DNA of 64,000 nt from Polyangiales bacterium (GCA_044229975.1 JBGARZ010000018.1:96001-160000), one strand, 5' to 3'; shown: positions 28,292 through 38,752, counted from the first letter of the stretch. Translations and numbers: made by a program. The notes: generated by a model not told the origin, from the letters alone.

Positions 28292-28319
28292 TTGACACCC
28301 CATACCGATCGGGTAGTTG
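28292..28319 (+). promoter_or_regulatory. possible sigma70 promoter for rpmI-rplT
   Basis: TTGACA-16 bp-TAGTTG. Confidence 0.4.
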
Positions 28320-28444
28320 TCGCCGCCCTGCGTATCCATCGTCCCCGCACGGATGGTCCGTGTTTACCGCCCGCCTCCAACGGGCGAAGCGCCGAGAGGG
28401 TCCTCTGACCCGTCGAAGCGTGGGGCGCGCAGTCGAGGCAAACG

Positions 28445-28648
28445 ATGCCGAAGATGAAGACCAACCGCGCCGCGGCCAAGCGATTCAAGATCACTGGCTC
28501 CGGTCGCATCCGCCGCTCCAAGTGTGGCGGCAACCACTTCATGGGAAACAAGGGCTCGCGCCAACTGCGCCGCCTGCGTAAGAACGACATGGTGCATCCC
28601 TCCTTCGAGGGGCGCATCGGTCAGCTCTTCCCCTACGGGCTCCCCTGA
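28445..28648 (+). CDS. rpmI: 50S ribosomal protein L35
   Basis: MPKMKTNRAAAKRFKITGSG. Confidence 0.97.
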   Translation: MPKMKTNRAAAKRFKITGSGRIRRSKCGGNHFMGNKGSRQLRRLRKNDMVHPSFEGRIGQLFPYGLP

Positions 28649-28665
28649 AAGCGAGCTGAGTACCA

Positions 28666-29043
28666 ATGCCCAGAGCAAAGCGTGGATTCAAGGCGCGTCG
28701 TCGCCGCAACCGGGTGTTCCAGTGGGCGCAGGGTTTCTCTGCGGGCCGCGGTCGCCTCTATGGTCCGGCCCGCGAGGCCGTGCACAAGGCGTGGTCGTAC
28801 GCGTACGTGGGCCGCAAGCTCCGCAAGCGTGACTTCCGCCGCCTGTGGATCGCCCGCATCTCCGCGGGTGCCCGCTCCCTCGGCGTGAACTACTCGCGCC
28901 TCATCTCCGCCCTCAAGACCGCCAACATCGGTCTCGACCGGAAGATCCTGGCCGACCTCGCGGTGCGCGACTTCGCCGGCTTCAAGGCCGTCCTGTCCGC
29001 CGCCGGCGTCGAGCTCAAGCCCAACGCCTTCGCCCCCGCCTGA
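28666..29043 (+). CDS. rplT: 50S ribosomal protein L20
   Basis: RKRDFRRLWIARI...LDRKILADLA. Confidence 0.97.
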   Translation: MPRAKRGFKARRRRNRVFQWAQGFSAGRGRLYGPAREAVHKAWSYAYVGRKLRKRDFRRLWIARISAGARSLGVNYSRLISALKTANIGLDRKILADLAVRDFAGFKAVLSAAGVELKPNAFAPA

Positions 29044-29146
29044 TCTCCCACTCCTCACCACGCTGAGACCCCTGCACGGACGCGTTGCGCCCGGTGGGGG
29101 TCGTGTGTTTTCATCGCCCTCCGACACCGGGAGGCTGAGGGTATCC

Positions 29147-29428
29147 ATGACGAAGGCCGAGATCGTCGAGAGCATCTATGCGACCGTGGGCGGCTTCTCC
29201 AAGAAGGAGGCCGCCGACCTCGTCGACGCCGTCTTCGACGTGATGAAGCAGACCCTCGCCGAGGGCGACAAGGTGAAGATCTCCTCCTTCGGCAACTTCC
29301 TCGTGCGCGACAAGCACGAGCGCCCCGGGCTCAACCCCCGCACGCTCAAGCCCATCACCCTCGCCGCGCGGCGTGTGGTGCGCTTCCGCCCCTCGCCCGT
29401 TCTCAAAGCCCAGGTCAACGGGCGCTGA
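29147..29428 (+). CDS. ihfA: integration host factor alpha
   Basis: MTKAEIVE...VKISSFGNF..RDK..RPG.NP.T; synteny with merR. Confidence 0.9.
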   Translation: MTKAEIVESIYATVGGFSKKEAADLVDAVFDVMKQTLAEGDKVKISSFGNFLVRDKHERPGLNPRTLKPITLAARRVVRFRPSPVLKAQVNGR

Positions 29429-29457
29429 CCGTTGCACCGCCGGGTGAGCCCCGCGAC

Positions 29458-29916
29458 GTGACCACACCCCTCCCCCCGAAGAAGTACTTCCGCATCGGCG
29501 AGGTCGCGCGCCTCCTCGAAGTCCCCGCCCATGTGCTGCGGTACTGGGAGACGGAGTTTCGCGCCGTCCGCCCGATGAAGTCGCCCAGCGGGCAGCGCAT
29601 CTACAGCCGCCGCGACGTCGAGCGCCTCGCCCTCATCAAGCGCCTGCTCCGCGAGGAGCGCTACACCCTCGAAGGCGCCCGCCGCGCCCTGAAGGAGCGC
29701 GGCCTCGACGACGACGCCAACACCCCCGCGCGACCTGAGCTCCTGCGCGGCGCCCTGCTGCGCGCACGAGAGAGGCTCACCGCCCTGTCCTCCGCCCTCG
29801 ACGCCCTCACGCTGGTCGAAGCCGACGAGGCCGTGGAGGTCGAGGAGGCCCCGGCGCCCGAGATTCGCGTGACCGAAACCACCATCGAGAGCGACCTCGC
29901 CGAGCGCAACGGCTGA
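29458..29916 (+). CDS. MerR-family regulator (ihfA-linked)
   Basis: KYFRIGEVA...HVLRYWETEF. Confidence 0.92.
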   Translation: MTTPLPPKKYFRIGEVARLLEVPAHVLRYWETEFRAVRPMKSPSGQRIYSRRDVERLALIKRLLREERYTLEGARRALKERGLDDDANTPARPELLRGALLRARERLTALSSALDALTLVEADEAVEVEEAPAPEIRVTETTIESDLAERNG

Positions 29917-29932
29917 GGGTCGCCGAGACGGC

Positions 29933-29960
29933 TTGACTCCCTAGTTCGCCCCCGTACCAT
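29933..29960 (+). promoter_or_regulatory. possible sigma70 promoter for rimK-like gene
   Basis: TTGACT-16 bp-TACCAT. Confidence 0.45.
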
Positions 29961-30002
29961 CCGCGGCCCCTGTCTCGCCGCGATGCCCTGCGGAGGCCGC
30001 TG

Positions 30003-30956
30003 ATGTGGATCCTGATCTTGTCCCGCAAGGCGTCGATCTACTCGACGCGACGACTCACCGAGGCCGCCATCGCGCGGGGCCACCAGGTGAGCGTGGTCGA
30101 CCCGCTGGAGTTCTCCCTCGTCGCCTCGCGGGGGCGGCCGTCGCTCTTCCATCGCGGCGTCGAGGTCGGCGGCTACGACCTCGTCATCCCACGCATCGGC
30201 GCGTCCATCACCAGCTACGGGCTCGCGGTGGTGCGGCAGTTCGACATGCTCGGCGTGCCGGTGCTCAACTCCGCGCTCGCCATCGCCCGCTCGCGCGACA
30301 AGCTCCGCGCGATGCAACTCCTCACCAAGCGTGACCTCGACATCCCGACGACGGTCTGCACCAAGACCGCGTCGCACATCGACGCCGCGCTCGCCCTCGT
30401 CGGGGGCCCGCCCGCCATCGTGAAGCTGCACCAGGGCACGCAGGGAATTGGTGTGATGCTCGCGGAGACCCGGCAGGCGGTGGAGAGCACCTTGGAGGCG
30501 TTCTGGACGCTGGGGCAGGACATCATCCTCCAGGAGTTCATCGCCGAGTCGCGCGGCAAGGACGTGCGCGCCATCGTGGTGGGCCGTCGCGTGGTCGCGG
30601 CGATGCGCCGGCGCGCGCAGAAGGGTGAGTTTCGCTCCAACCTGCACCGCGGCGCGGAGCCCGAGGCCATTCCCCTCGACGAGCTCGACCCGCGCTACGC
30701 CAAGGCCGCCGTCGAGGCGTGCAAGGTCATGTCGCTGGAGGTCGCCGGCGTCGACATGCTGGAGACCCGCGGCGGGCCGAAGATTCTCGAGATCAACAGC
30801 TCGCCCGGCCTCGAAGGCATCGAGCGCGCGACGGGGCAAAACGTCGCCGCCGCCGTGATGCGCCACGCCGAGCGCTTCGTGAAGCGCCGCATGGCGAAGA
30901 ACGCCAATCCCCTCATCGAGGACGAGCGCTCGCGCCGTCGACGCAAGGGCTCATGA
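30003..30956 (+). CDS. rimK: RimK-family ATP-grasp alpha-L-glutamate ligase
   Basis: YSTRRL, IPRIGASIT, SRDKL, GTQGIGV, FRSNLH and EINSSPGLEGIE motifs. Confidence 0.9.
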   Translation: MWILILSRKASIYSTRRLTEAAIARGHQVSVVDPLEFSLVASRGRPSLFHRGVEVGGYDLVIPRIGASITSYGLAVVRQFDMLGVPVLNSALAIARSRDKLRAMQLLTKRDLDIPTTVCTKTASHIDAALALVGGPPAIVKLHQGTQGIGVMLAETRQAVESTLEAFWTLGQDIILQEFIAESRGKDVRAIVVGRRVVAAMRRRAQKGEFRSNLHRGAEPEAIPLDELDPRYAKAAVEACKVMSLEVAGVDMLETRGGPKILEINSSPGLEGIERATGQNVAAAVMRHAERFVKRRMAKNANPLIEDERSRRRRKGS

Positions 30957-31714
30957 GCGGCGTCGAGCGCCTCGACGAAGGGGCCGTGCAGGTGCTGCGG
31001 GTCAACCGCCCCGAGCGCAAGAACGCCCTCGACCCGGAGGCCCTCAAGGCGCTGCTCGGACACGCCGAGGCGATGCGGAGCATGCCCGCCGTGCGCGGCG
31101 TGATCCTGGCGGGTGAGACGTCGTGCGGGGTCTTCGTGAGCGGCGGTGACCTGCAGGCGCTGAAGGGTGTTCGCACGGCGCGGGGCGCGCGAGACCTGGC
31201 GCGCAAGGCCCACGCGGCGGTCGACGCGCTGCGGGCGCTGGGCGTGCCGCTGGTGGCGGCCGTGGAGGGCGATGCGTTTGGCGGGGGCTGCGAGCTCGCG
31301 GCGGCGTGCGACTACCGCGTGGCCGAGCGGCACGTGCGCTTCCATTGGGTGCAGGCGCGCATGGGCGTCACCACGGGCTGGGGCGGCGCGGCCAACCTGC
31401 TCGACCTGGTGAGCCGCGGCACCGCGATGCGATGGCTGCTGACCGCGGAGCCCGTGTGGGCCGACGAGGCGCACGCGGCGGGCTTCGTCGACGAGGTGGC
31501 GGAGGCGGGCGGCGCCCTCGACGCGGCGCGGGCGCTCATCGGGCGCGTCGCGCGGCAGCCGAAGGCCGGAACGCGACGGATGGTGTTTCTCCTGCGAGAG
31601 ACCACGCGGATGGACGCGCGGCGGGCGCGGGTGCTGGAGCTCGATCACTTCGGGCGATCGTGGGCGACGACCGACCACCACGAGGCCGTAGCGAGGTTTC
31701 TCCGCAAGGCATAG
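30953..31714 (+). CDS. enoyl-CoA hydratase/isomerase family protein
   Basis: NRPERKNAL, FVSGGDL and AFGGGCELA motifs. ATGA overlap with rimK. Confidence 0.9.
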   Translation: MSGVERLDEGAVQVLRVNRPERKNALDPEALKALLGHAEAMRSMPAVRGVILAGETSCGVFVSGGDLQALKGVRTARGARDLARKAHAAVDALRALGVPLVAAVEGDAFGGGCELAAACDYRVAERHVRFHWVQARMGVTTGWGGAANLLDLVSRGTAMRWLLTAEPVWADEAHAAGFVDEVAEAGGALDAARALIGRVARQPKAGTRRMVFLLRETTRMDARRARVLELDHFGRSWATTDHHEAVARFLRKA

Positions 31715-31729
31715 CGTCACCCTTCGGAG

Positions 31730-34177
31730 GTGACGAGCATGACGAGTCGGTGGTGGTCGGTGGGGCTCGCGGGCGCGCTGGCGCTGGGCTGTAGCAACGG
31801 GTCGTCGGTGGTGGGCGGCCCCGACGACGCGGCGACCGTCGACGTCGCGCTCGACCTGGGCGCAACGGACGTCTCGACCATGGACCTCGTCGACGTGCAG
31901 ACCACGGACGTCGTCACCGTGGACGCCGTCGATGCGGCCGACGTGGCCGATATGCCGGCGGTGGATGTTCCGTTTCGCTGCACCGACAACGCGTCGTGCA
32001 TGGGCAACGCGGGCGGCGCCGTCTGCGACACGACGACGGGGCGCTGCGTGCAGTGCGTGGCGAGCGCCGACACCTGCCCCGCGGGCCAGTACTGCGTCGC
32101 CGCGTCGAACGCCTGCACCGCGGGTTGCCGCAACGACGAGGGCTGCGCGTCGGGCGCGGGCGACGCGGGCACCGGGGTCTCGCGCCACTGCGACGTGACG
32201 ACCCGCGCGTGCGTGGCCTGCGTCACCGACGACCACTGCCCCGCGGGCAACCTCTGCGTGGGCAACCTCTGCGTCGTCGGCTGCAACGCCTCGCGCGCCT
32301 GCCCGTCGGGTCAGACGTGCTGCTCGGGCGGGTGCGTCGACACGCAGTCCAACACCGCCGCGTGCGGGGTCTGCGACAACCGCTGCGCGGTCGCCAACGC
32401 CGTCCCCGCGTGCCTCAACGGGATGTGCGCCGTCGGAACCTGCACGGCTCCCTTCGCGGACTGCAACGGCTCCGCCGCCGACGGCTGCGAGGTCAACACG
32501 CAGTCCGACGTCACCCACTGCGGGAGCTGCGCGACGGCCTGCGCCGCGCGCGCCAACAGCACCGCGCGCTGCGCCGCGGCGACCTGCGCGTACGAGTGCA
32601 CCACCGGGTTTGCCGACTGCGACGGCGACGCGACCAACGGCTGCGAGACCGACACCCGCACCACCCTCGCCCACTGCGGTCGCTGCGGGATGGCGTGCTC
32701 GCTCGCCAACGCCGCGGCCGCCTGCGTCGCGAGCACCTGCACCGTCGCGAGCTGCGCCACGGGCTTCGGCGACTGCGACGGCAACGCCCCCAACGGCTGC
32801 GAGACCGACCTGCGCTCCAGCGCCACCCACTGCGGCGCCTGCGGGACCACGTGCGCGACGCGGCCCAACGCCGTCCCCGCGTGCACGAGCGGCGGGTGCA
32901 ACAACGTGTGCGTCGCGGGCTACGGCGAGTGCAATGGCGTCACCGACGACGGCTGCGAGACCAACCTCGCGACGAGCGCCGCGCACTGCGGGGCATGCGG
33001 TCGGAGCTGCGTGACGAGCAACGTGGCGACGGCGACCTGCGCGGGCAGCACCTGCACCATCGGGACGTGCGCCGCGGGCTTCGCGGACTGCGACGCGATG
33101 GCCGTCAACGGCTGCGAGGTCGACACGCGCAGCACCGTCGCCCACTGCGGCGGCTGCGGGATGGCGTGCTCGCTCGCCAACGCCACGGCGGGGTGCGCGG
33201 CGGGTGCGTGCACCATCGCGAGCTGCGCGGCGGGCTTCGCCGACTGCGACGGCGTGGCGGCCAACGGGTGCGAGGTCGACACGCGCACCACGGTGACGAG
33301 CTGCGGGATGTGCGGGCGGACGTGCTCGCTGGCCAACGCGACGGCCGGGTGCGCGACAGGCACGTGCACCGTGGCGGCGTGCGCGGCGGGCTACGGCAAC
33401 TGCGACCTGAACCCGGCCAACGGCTGCGAGGTGGACACGCAGACGAGCGTCACGAACTGCGGGCGGTGCGGGATGGCGTGCGCTTCGGCGTATAGCTGCC
33501 AGGCGGGCGCGTGCGTGATGCCGAGGAGCTGCCTGGACATCAAGACGAGGGTTCCGGCGTCAGCGACGGGGGTGTTCGAGATCGACCCCGACGGCCCGGG
33601 CGGCCTCGCATCGATGTCGGTGTACTGCGACATGACCAGCAGCGGCGGCGGATGGACCCTGGTGCTCATGGCGGGCAACGACACCGCCGGAACGCTCGGC
33701 TACAGCAGCGCGCTCTGGACGGGGACGGGCGTGCTCAACGCCGACGTGGTGGACGTCGCGCGCAACGTGTCGATGAAGAACCAGGCGTTCAACACGCTCG
33801 ACTTCACGGCGATGCGGATGTGCGTCAACTCGCTGTCGGCGTGCCTGGAGGAGCCCGTCGTGGCGACCAACGCGCGGACGCTCTTCTCGGGCGCGGAGCG
33901 GCTCGGCGCGCGCACCATCGCGGACTTCGCGACCTGGGGCTACGCGGGCAACCTCGGGTGCAACCGGCGGGGCTTCAATGTGTTCGATGCGACCGGCGGC
34001 GCGACGGCGCGCTGCCGCTACGGGATCCTCCTCAACAACGAGTCGGCCTGCGAGGGCTCGGTGGACGGGGCGCGCGGCATCGGATGCCGCGGGTACTACG
34101 GCACCGAGGTGAGCGCGGGGCGCGGAGACGGCATCGTGGGCACCTCCCACGAGCGCGGGTGGATGTTCGTTCGCTGA
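31730..34177 (+). CDS. Cys-rich repeat lipoprotein with C-terminal fibrinogen-like domain
   Basis: Lipobox ALGC. About 7.5 repeats of ~52 aa (GCE.D.....HCG.CG.AC). SC.DI...G...IDPDG...YCDM...GGGWTLV motif. Confidence 0.88.
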   Translation: MTSMTSRWWSVGLAGALALGCSNGSSVVGGPDDAATVDVALDLGATDVSTMDLVDVQTTDVVTVDAVDAADVADMPAVDVPFRCTDNASCMGNAGGAVCDTTTGRCVQCVASADTCPAGQYCVAASNACTAGCRNDEGCASGAGDAGTGVSRHCDVTTRACVACVTDDHCPAGNLCVGNLCVVGCNASRACPSGQTCCSGGCVDTQSNTAACGVCDNRCAVANAVPACLNGMCAVGTCTAPFADCNGSAADGCEVNTQSDVTHCGSCATACAARANSTARCAAATCAYECTTGFADCDGDATNGCETDTRTTLAHCGRCGMACSLANAAAACVASTCTVASCATGFGDCDGNAPNGCETDLRSSATHCGACGTTCATRPNAVPACTSGGCNNVCVAGYGECNGVTDDGCETNLATSAAHCGACGRSCVTSNVATATCAGSTCTIGTCAAGFADCDAMAVNGCEVDTRSTVAHCGGCGMACSLANATAGCAAGACTIASCAAGFADCDGVAANGCEVDTRTTVTSCGMCGRTCSLANATAGCATGTCTVAACAAGYGNCDLNPANGCEVDTQTSVTNCGRCGMACASAYSCQAGACVMPRSCLDIKTRVPASATGVFEIDPDGPGGLASMSVYCDMTSSGGGWTLVLMAGNDTAGTLGYSSALWTGTGVLNADVVDVARNVSMKNQAFNTLDFTAMRMCVNSLSACLEEPVVATNARTLFSGAERLGARTIADFATWGYAGNLGCNRRGFNVFDATGGATARCRYGILLNNESACEGSVDGARGIGCRGYYGTEVSAGRGDGIVGTSHERGWMFVR

Positions 34178-34180
34178 GCG

Positions 34181-35083
34181 CTACCAGCCGAAGTCGCGGG
34201 CGATGATGCCGGTCGTGCCGTCGCAGGTCGCGCGCACGGTGCAGTACTGCTCGCGCATGTACGAGCCGTCGTTGCAGCGCAGCGTGCCGCAGTGGAAGAC
34301 GCCGCTGCCGCAGCCGCCCGATGGCGTGGTGGTGCAGGTTGTCCCCGAGCAGTAGCCGGTGCCCTCGCAGTAGCCGCCGCCGCGGGTGATGCACTCGGGG
34401 CCACCGACGGTTCCTGCGGGGATGTCCCAGCGCACGTAGGACGGATCACACGCGCCCGTGACGACACCCACGTCGCGACCCGCGTCCACGCCTGCATCGA
34501 CCCCGGCATCGACGCCAACGTCCACGCCAACGTCGACCCCGGCGTCACGACCCGCGTCCACGCCCGCATCGACGCGCCCACAGGCGTCGGCCGGGCCCAT
34601 GCGCGCAGGATCGTTGTCGTCGCAATCGGGGCCGCGACAGCCGACGCCCTGACCGTACTCGTCGCCGTCCGCGTCGATGCAACACGTGCCGCCAATGGGG
34701 GCGCAGACCGCCACGTCGGCGAGCGCAACGTCGCGCACGCAGCGCAGCCGACCCGGGCACAGCGGGACGTCGGGGTTGCACCGCGGGAGACACGCGCGCG
34801 ACCCGCTGGCCACCTGCACGCAGACCCGGTCGGGGCCGCAGTCGTCGGCGCCCGCGCACGCCCCGCAGACGGCGGTGAACGCTCCGCTGTCGACGGTCAC
34901 CGCGGCCTCGGAGGAGGAGGCGTCGCGCACATCGACGGTCGGCGCGTCGACGGCGAGGCGCACGTCGGTGGGCACATCCACGGCGGTCTGCGAGGCGTCC
35001 TTCTCGGGGACGAAGACCGTCGCGTCGTCGGTGCACGAGGCGATCAACAGGGCGGAGGAGAGGAACCAACGGCGCGAGTTCAT
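34181..35083 (-). CDS. Cys-rich lipoprotein with DAGV tetrapeptide repeats
   Basis: Lipobox IASC. DADGDEYG...DCDD metal-binding motif. About 9 (D-A/V-G-V/R) repeats. Confidence 0.75.
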   Translation of the reverse strand: MNSRRWFLSSALLIASCTDDATVFVPEKDASQTAVDVPTDVRLAVDAPTVDVRDASSSEAAVTVDSGAFTAVCGACAGADDCGPDRVCVQVASGSRACLPRCNPDVPLCPGRLRCVRDVALADVAVCAPIGGTCCIDADGDEYGQGVGCRGPDCDDNDPARMGPADACGRVDAGVDAGRDAGVDVGVDVGVDAGVDAGVDAGRDVGVVTGACDPSYVRWDIPAGTVGGPECITRGGGYCEGTGYCSGTTCTTTPSGGCGSGVFHCGTLRCNDGSYMREQYCTVRATCDGTTGIIARDFGW

Positions 35084-35160
35084 GGCCGCGGAGGGTGCGC
35101 GAGGCGCGCGTGGTGTCAATGGATGCGTCGCGCGAGGCGACGATGCGGAGGGAGCCGAGA

Positions 35161-36408
35161 CTACGCGGTCGCGAGCTCGCGGAGCATGTCGATGTTGGCT
35201 ACCGACGGGCCCGAGAGGTCGTACTGGTCCATCGAGCTCAGGCCGACGCCCGAGGCGAGCGCGCGGCTCATCTGACGGTTGGCGCGGGCCGTCCCGGTCA
35301 TGATGGCCTCGTACGAGGGCGACAGCGTCTTGAGCAGCGCGACGCCGGTGAGGTCGGCCGCCACACGGTCGCGCGAGATGATGACCACGCGGGGGTCGCT
35401 CACCTGCGCGACCCAGCCGGCGGGCGCGCGCGGCGGGGCGTTGCTCGGGAGCGGACCGCCCGAGACCAGCGACTGCCAGCCGTCGAGGACGACGAGCGAC
35501 ACGTTGGGGCCCGCCTTGTTCATGAACGCCACCTGCCGATAGAGCTTGTCGGAGGCGGTGGAGTGGTTGCCGAGGTTGCCCGCGAGCGAGCGGTCTTGCG
35601 GGTTGATGATGCCGATCTGGTTCTTCATCGACATGGTGTAGGTCGCGATGAAGTGGGTCTTCACACAGGGCATCGCCACGATGTGGTCGGCCGTCGCGAC
35701 CATCGCGGGGATGCGCATGGTGCCGGTCCAGTAGGCGCTGCGGGCGCCGAGGCCCTCGATCTCGCCCGGGAGGTCCATCCAGTCGACGCTGCTCGCGGCG
35801 CTGTCGGTCGCGGGGTCGCCGAAGACGGTGAGCTCGACGCCGAGCTCTTCGCACACGGCGGCGAGGCCGTTGTCGCGGAAGTTGCGGGCGGTGTTGCGGT
35901 CACCGAAGAACGATCGGTCGCCGACAAACGCCTCGCCGCCGCGCTCGCGGATCTTGCCGACCACCCAACGAATCATGTCGGGCGACGTCGAGTACGGGAA
36001 CTCATCGCCCGAGTTGGTGTTGACCTTGAGGTACACGCGCTGGCCGCTCTGCACGAAGTCGAAGCCCGCGGTCTCCTGGAGCGCGAGCTCGGCCGCCATG
36101 ATGTGGTCGTCGTGCTGCCCGGCGCCCACGAGGTGGTGCACTCGCGCGGGCGGAACATCCACCGCCTTGGGCACATCGACGGCGGGCGTTCCGGCGTCGG
36201 GGGTGGTGCCAGCGTCGAGCGGGTTGTTGGTGCCCGGCGTGGCGGGGTCGGAGCAGCCCGTCGCGACCGCGGCGGCGGCGAGCGAGCCCAGCAGGAGCTG
36301 ACGACGCGAGAGGTCCTTCTCGACGTACTCCTGGAGGAGGTCGCGGGACTCGATGGTGCGGCCGCCGGTCTTGCGCGACGTCACGTGGGGCTTGTTGGAT
36401 GCGGACAT
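35161..36408 (-). CDS. DUF362-domain Tat lipoprotein
   Basis: SRRQLL twin-Arg and ATGC lipobox. VYLKVN, KTH....T.SMKN.IG, DG...GGP and DRVAAD motifs. Confidence 0.85.
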   Translation of the reverse strand: MSASNKPHVTSRKTGGRTIESRDLLQEYVEKDLSRRQLLLGSLAAAAVATGCSDPATPGTNNPLDAGTTPDAGTPAVDVPKAVDVPPARVHHLVGAGQHDDHIMAAELALQETAGFDFVQSGQRVYLKVNTNSGDEFPYSTSPDMIRWVVGKIRERGGEAFVGDRSFFGDRNTARNFRDNGLAAVCEELGVELTVFGDPATDSAASSVDWMDLPGEIEGLGARSAYWTGTMRIPAMVATADHIVAMPCVKTHFIATYTMSMKNQIGIINPQDRSLAGNLGNHSTASDKLYRQVAFMNKAGPNVSLVVLDGWQSLVSGGPLPSNAPPRAPAGWVAQVSDPRVVIISRDRVAADLTGVALLKTLSPSYEAIMTGTARANRQMSRALASGVGLSSMDQYDLSGPSVANIDMLRELATA

Positions 36409-36553
36409 GATGGGGACTCCTCCAGAGGGGTATTCGAGAGGGCGCATCGAAGCACAATCACCGCGGCGCGGAAAGTGACCGACGGGCCACGAAGAGCAGA
36501 CGGTCATCGGTTCTTGCCTCGGCGGGCGGGCGTCGGCACCCTCGCGCCCCATC

Positions 36554-37558
36554 GTGACGACCTCCACCATTCGCGCCTACGCGCAGCGGTCACCCCGCGC
36601 CGCCCTCGAAGCCATCGACCTTCCCGCCTATGCCGCTCCTACGGGGCGCGACGTGGACATCGAGGTGCACCACTGCTCGGTCTGCCACAGCGACGTTCAC
36701 CTGCTCGACGGCGACTGGGGTGAGGTCGCGCGTCCGCTCATCCCTGGACACGAGGTCGTCGGTCGCGTGGTGTCGGCCGGACCCGACGCGACGCTCGCCG
36801 TGGGCGCCCTCGTGGGCGTTGGTTGGCAGTGCGGCGCGTGCGGCGCGTGCCCGGCGTGCATGTCGGGGCGAGAGCACCTGTGCACGGGCGGCAAGAAGCG
36901 CACGTGCGTTGGTCGGCAGGGTGGGTTCGCGACGAGGGTGAGGGTCGATGCGGACTTCGCCTTCGAGTTGCCCAAGGCGCTCGACCCGGCGACGGCGGCG
37001 CCGCTGCTGTGCGCGGGGCTGACGGTGTTTTCGCCCTTGGAGCGACTCGGGACGAAGGCGGGGATGCGCGTCGGGGTCGTCGGGGTCGGAGGATTGGGGC
37101 ACATGGCGGTGCGCTTCGCGTCGGCGCTCGGCGCGGAGGTGATCGCGTTTGATCCAGACGCGAGCAAGCGAGCGTTGGCGACGTCATTGGGAGCGCGCGA
37201 GCTCGTCGATGCGCGAGGAGCGCTGCCGAGCAACGCGGTGGACGTGCTGCTGGTGACCACGCACGCGACGCTCGACTGGGACGCGTGGATGAAGGTGGTC
37301 GACCTCGAAGGGACGCTCTGCCTGGTGGGGGTTCCGAGTGAGCCGCTGCGGCTGGGGGTGGACCCGCTGCTCGACGAGCAGAAGAAGATCACCGGGAGCG
37401 TCATCGGCAGCCGCGCGACGATGCGGAAGATGCTGGCCTTCGCGGCGGAGCACGGCATCGCGCCGATCACCGAGCGGATGCCGCTGGAGCGCGCCAACGA
37501 GGCCGTGGCGAGCGTGCGCGAAGGCCGCGCGCGGATGCGGATCGTGCTCGACGTCTAG
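36554..37558 (+). CDS. Zn-dependent NADP alcohol/aldehyde dehydrogenase (CAD/Ahr-like)
   Basis: CHSD, GHEVVG, CGACPAC...C, APLLCAG and GVGGLG motifs. Confidence 0.93.
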   Translation: MTTSTIRAYAQRSPRAALEAIDLPAYAAPTGRDVDIEVHHCSVCHSDVHLLDGDWGEVARPLIPGHEVVGRVVSAGPDATLAVGALVGVGWQCGACGACPACMSGREHLCTGGKKRTCVGRQGGFATRVRVDADFAFELPKALDPATAAPLLCAGLTVFSPLERLGTKAGMRVGVVGVGGLGHMAVRFASALGAEVIAFDPDASKRALATSLGARELVDARGALPSNAVDVLLVTTHATLDWDAWMKVVDLEGTLCLVGVPSEPLRLGVDPLLDEQKKITGSVIGSRATMRKMLAFAAEHGIAPITERMPLERANEAVASVREGRARMRIVLDV

Positions 37559-37594
37559 CGACGGACGGAAGCGCGGGGCTACGATGCGGACGCG

Positions 37595-38752
37595 ATGGCG
37601 CGCGACCAAGAGCCAGTGCGAGGGGATCGTGGGTGGTCCCTATCGACGGTCGTCGTCGCACTCGGGCTGGTCTTCATCGCTGGCTTCTCCATCGCGGAGT
37701 CGGCAGCGCATGATCCGGTCGTCGTCCCCGTCGATGCCGCGCTTACGCTGGTCGCCCTTGTCGTCGGCGCGGTGACCTGGCGTGGCTCGGCGCGCCGTGC
37801 AGTGGTGCGCGTCCTCGGCTTCGCAGCGGCGCCGCCGGTGGTCTTCGCCTGCACGTGGATCTGGTTCGCGGGTGGGGTGACGGTTGTCGGCGAGACCTAC
37901 GGGGACACCGTCATGTCGGTGTTCCTCTATGTGTGCGGGTTCATCGGGTTGATCGTGATGCTGACGGCGGGCAACCTCATCGCCGACACGGCCACGCGTG
38001 GGTCGGCTCGCACCGTCGCACGGCGAGTGCGACGCGTGGCGCAAACGTCTCTCGCGCTGCTGGTGATCGTCACCCTCCTGGGAACCCACGCGGCGCTACG
38101 GCGACCGGCCTACGAGCGATGGTTGACCTCGCTGCCACTGCGCGCTGACTTCGGGCCTCCTGCGACGTGGCCCACCGAAGCGTGGTCGACCATCGCCTCG
38201 CCTGGCAGTCGTGGGGCGACGCACTATCGCGAACTTCGCGTCGATGGGCAGCACCTGCGGGTGTACCGACACGGCAATCAGATCAATGTCTGCTGGCCGG
38301 GCGTGTCCGGCCGGGAAGGGACGGACGAAGGAGCGAGCAACTATCACCGCTGCACGCGACCCGACTTCGTGCTCGAACAGGCCGTCCGGGTGCGTCGTGA
38401 CGACGCTCGTGGTCTGTGGGTCGTCGACCTCGGCAATCGCTACTCCAGTGGGGCCTTCACGGATCGCGGCGCTCGGGTCGGGCCGACGTACGCACGCATC
38501 CTCTGGTCCGCCGCGCCGCCAGCCTCGTGGGTGGTTAGCGCGTGGGTCGCGCTCTTGCTCGCGGTCGCGCTGCTGCGATGGCCTCGCCGAAGCGGTGGAC
38601 CCTCGGCATCAGCGACGACGCCGTACCGCCCGCTACCGATCGCGACCGAAGTGGCGGACCCGGCCATGCTCCGCGGTGCGTTCGCGGTCACGATCTGCGC
38701 GGTACATGCGGCACCGCTCGCGGCGTACTTCCTGAGGGCTGCCCTGGGGTAG
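37595..38752 (+). CDS. hypothetical multi-pass membrane protein
   Basis: About 5 N-terminal TM segments, a soluble loop and C-terminal TM segments. Confidence 0.6.
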   Translation: MARDQEPVRGDRGWSLSTVVVALGLVFIAGFSIAESAAHDPVVVPVDAALTLVALVVGAVTWRGSARRAVVRVLGFAAAPPVVFACTWIWFAGGVTVVGETYGDTVMSVFLYVCGFIGLIVMLTAGNLIADTATRGSARTVARRVRRVAQTSLALLVIVTLLGTHAALRRPAYERWLTSLPLRADFGPPATWPTEAWSTIASPGSRGATHYRELRVDGQHLRVYRHGNQINVCWPGVSGREGTDEGASNYHRCTRPDFVLEQAVRVRRDDARGLWVVDLGNRYSSGAFTDRGARVGPTYARILWSAAPPASWVVSAWVALLLAVALLRWPRRSGGPSASATTPYRPLPIATEVADPAMLRGAFAVTICAVHAAPLAAYFLRAALG

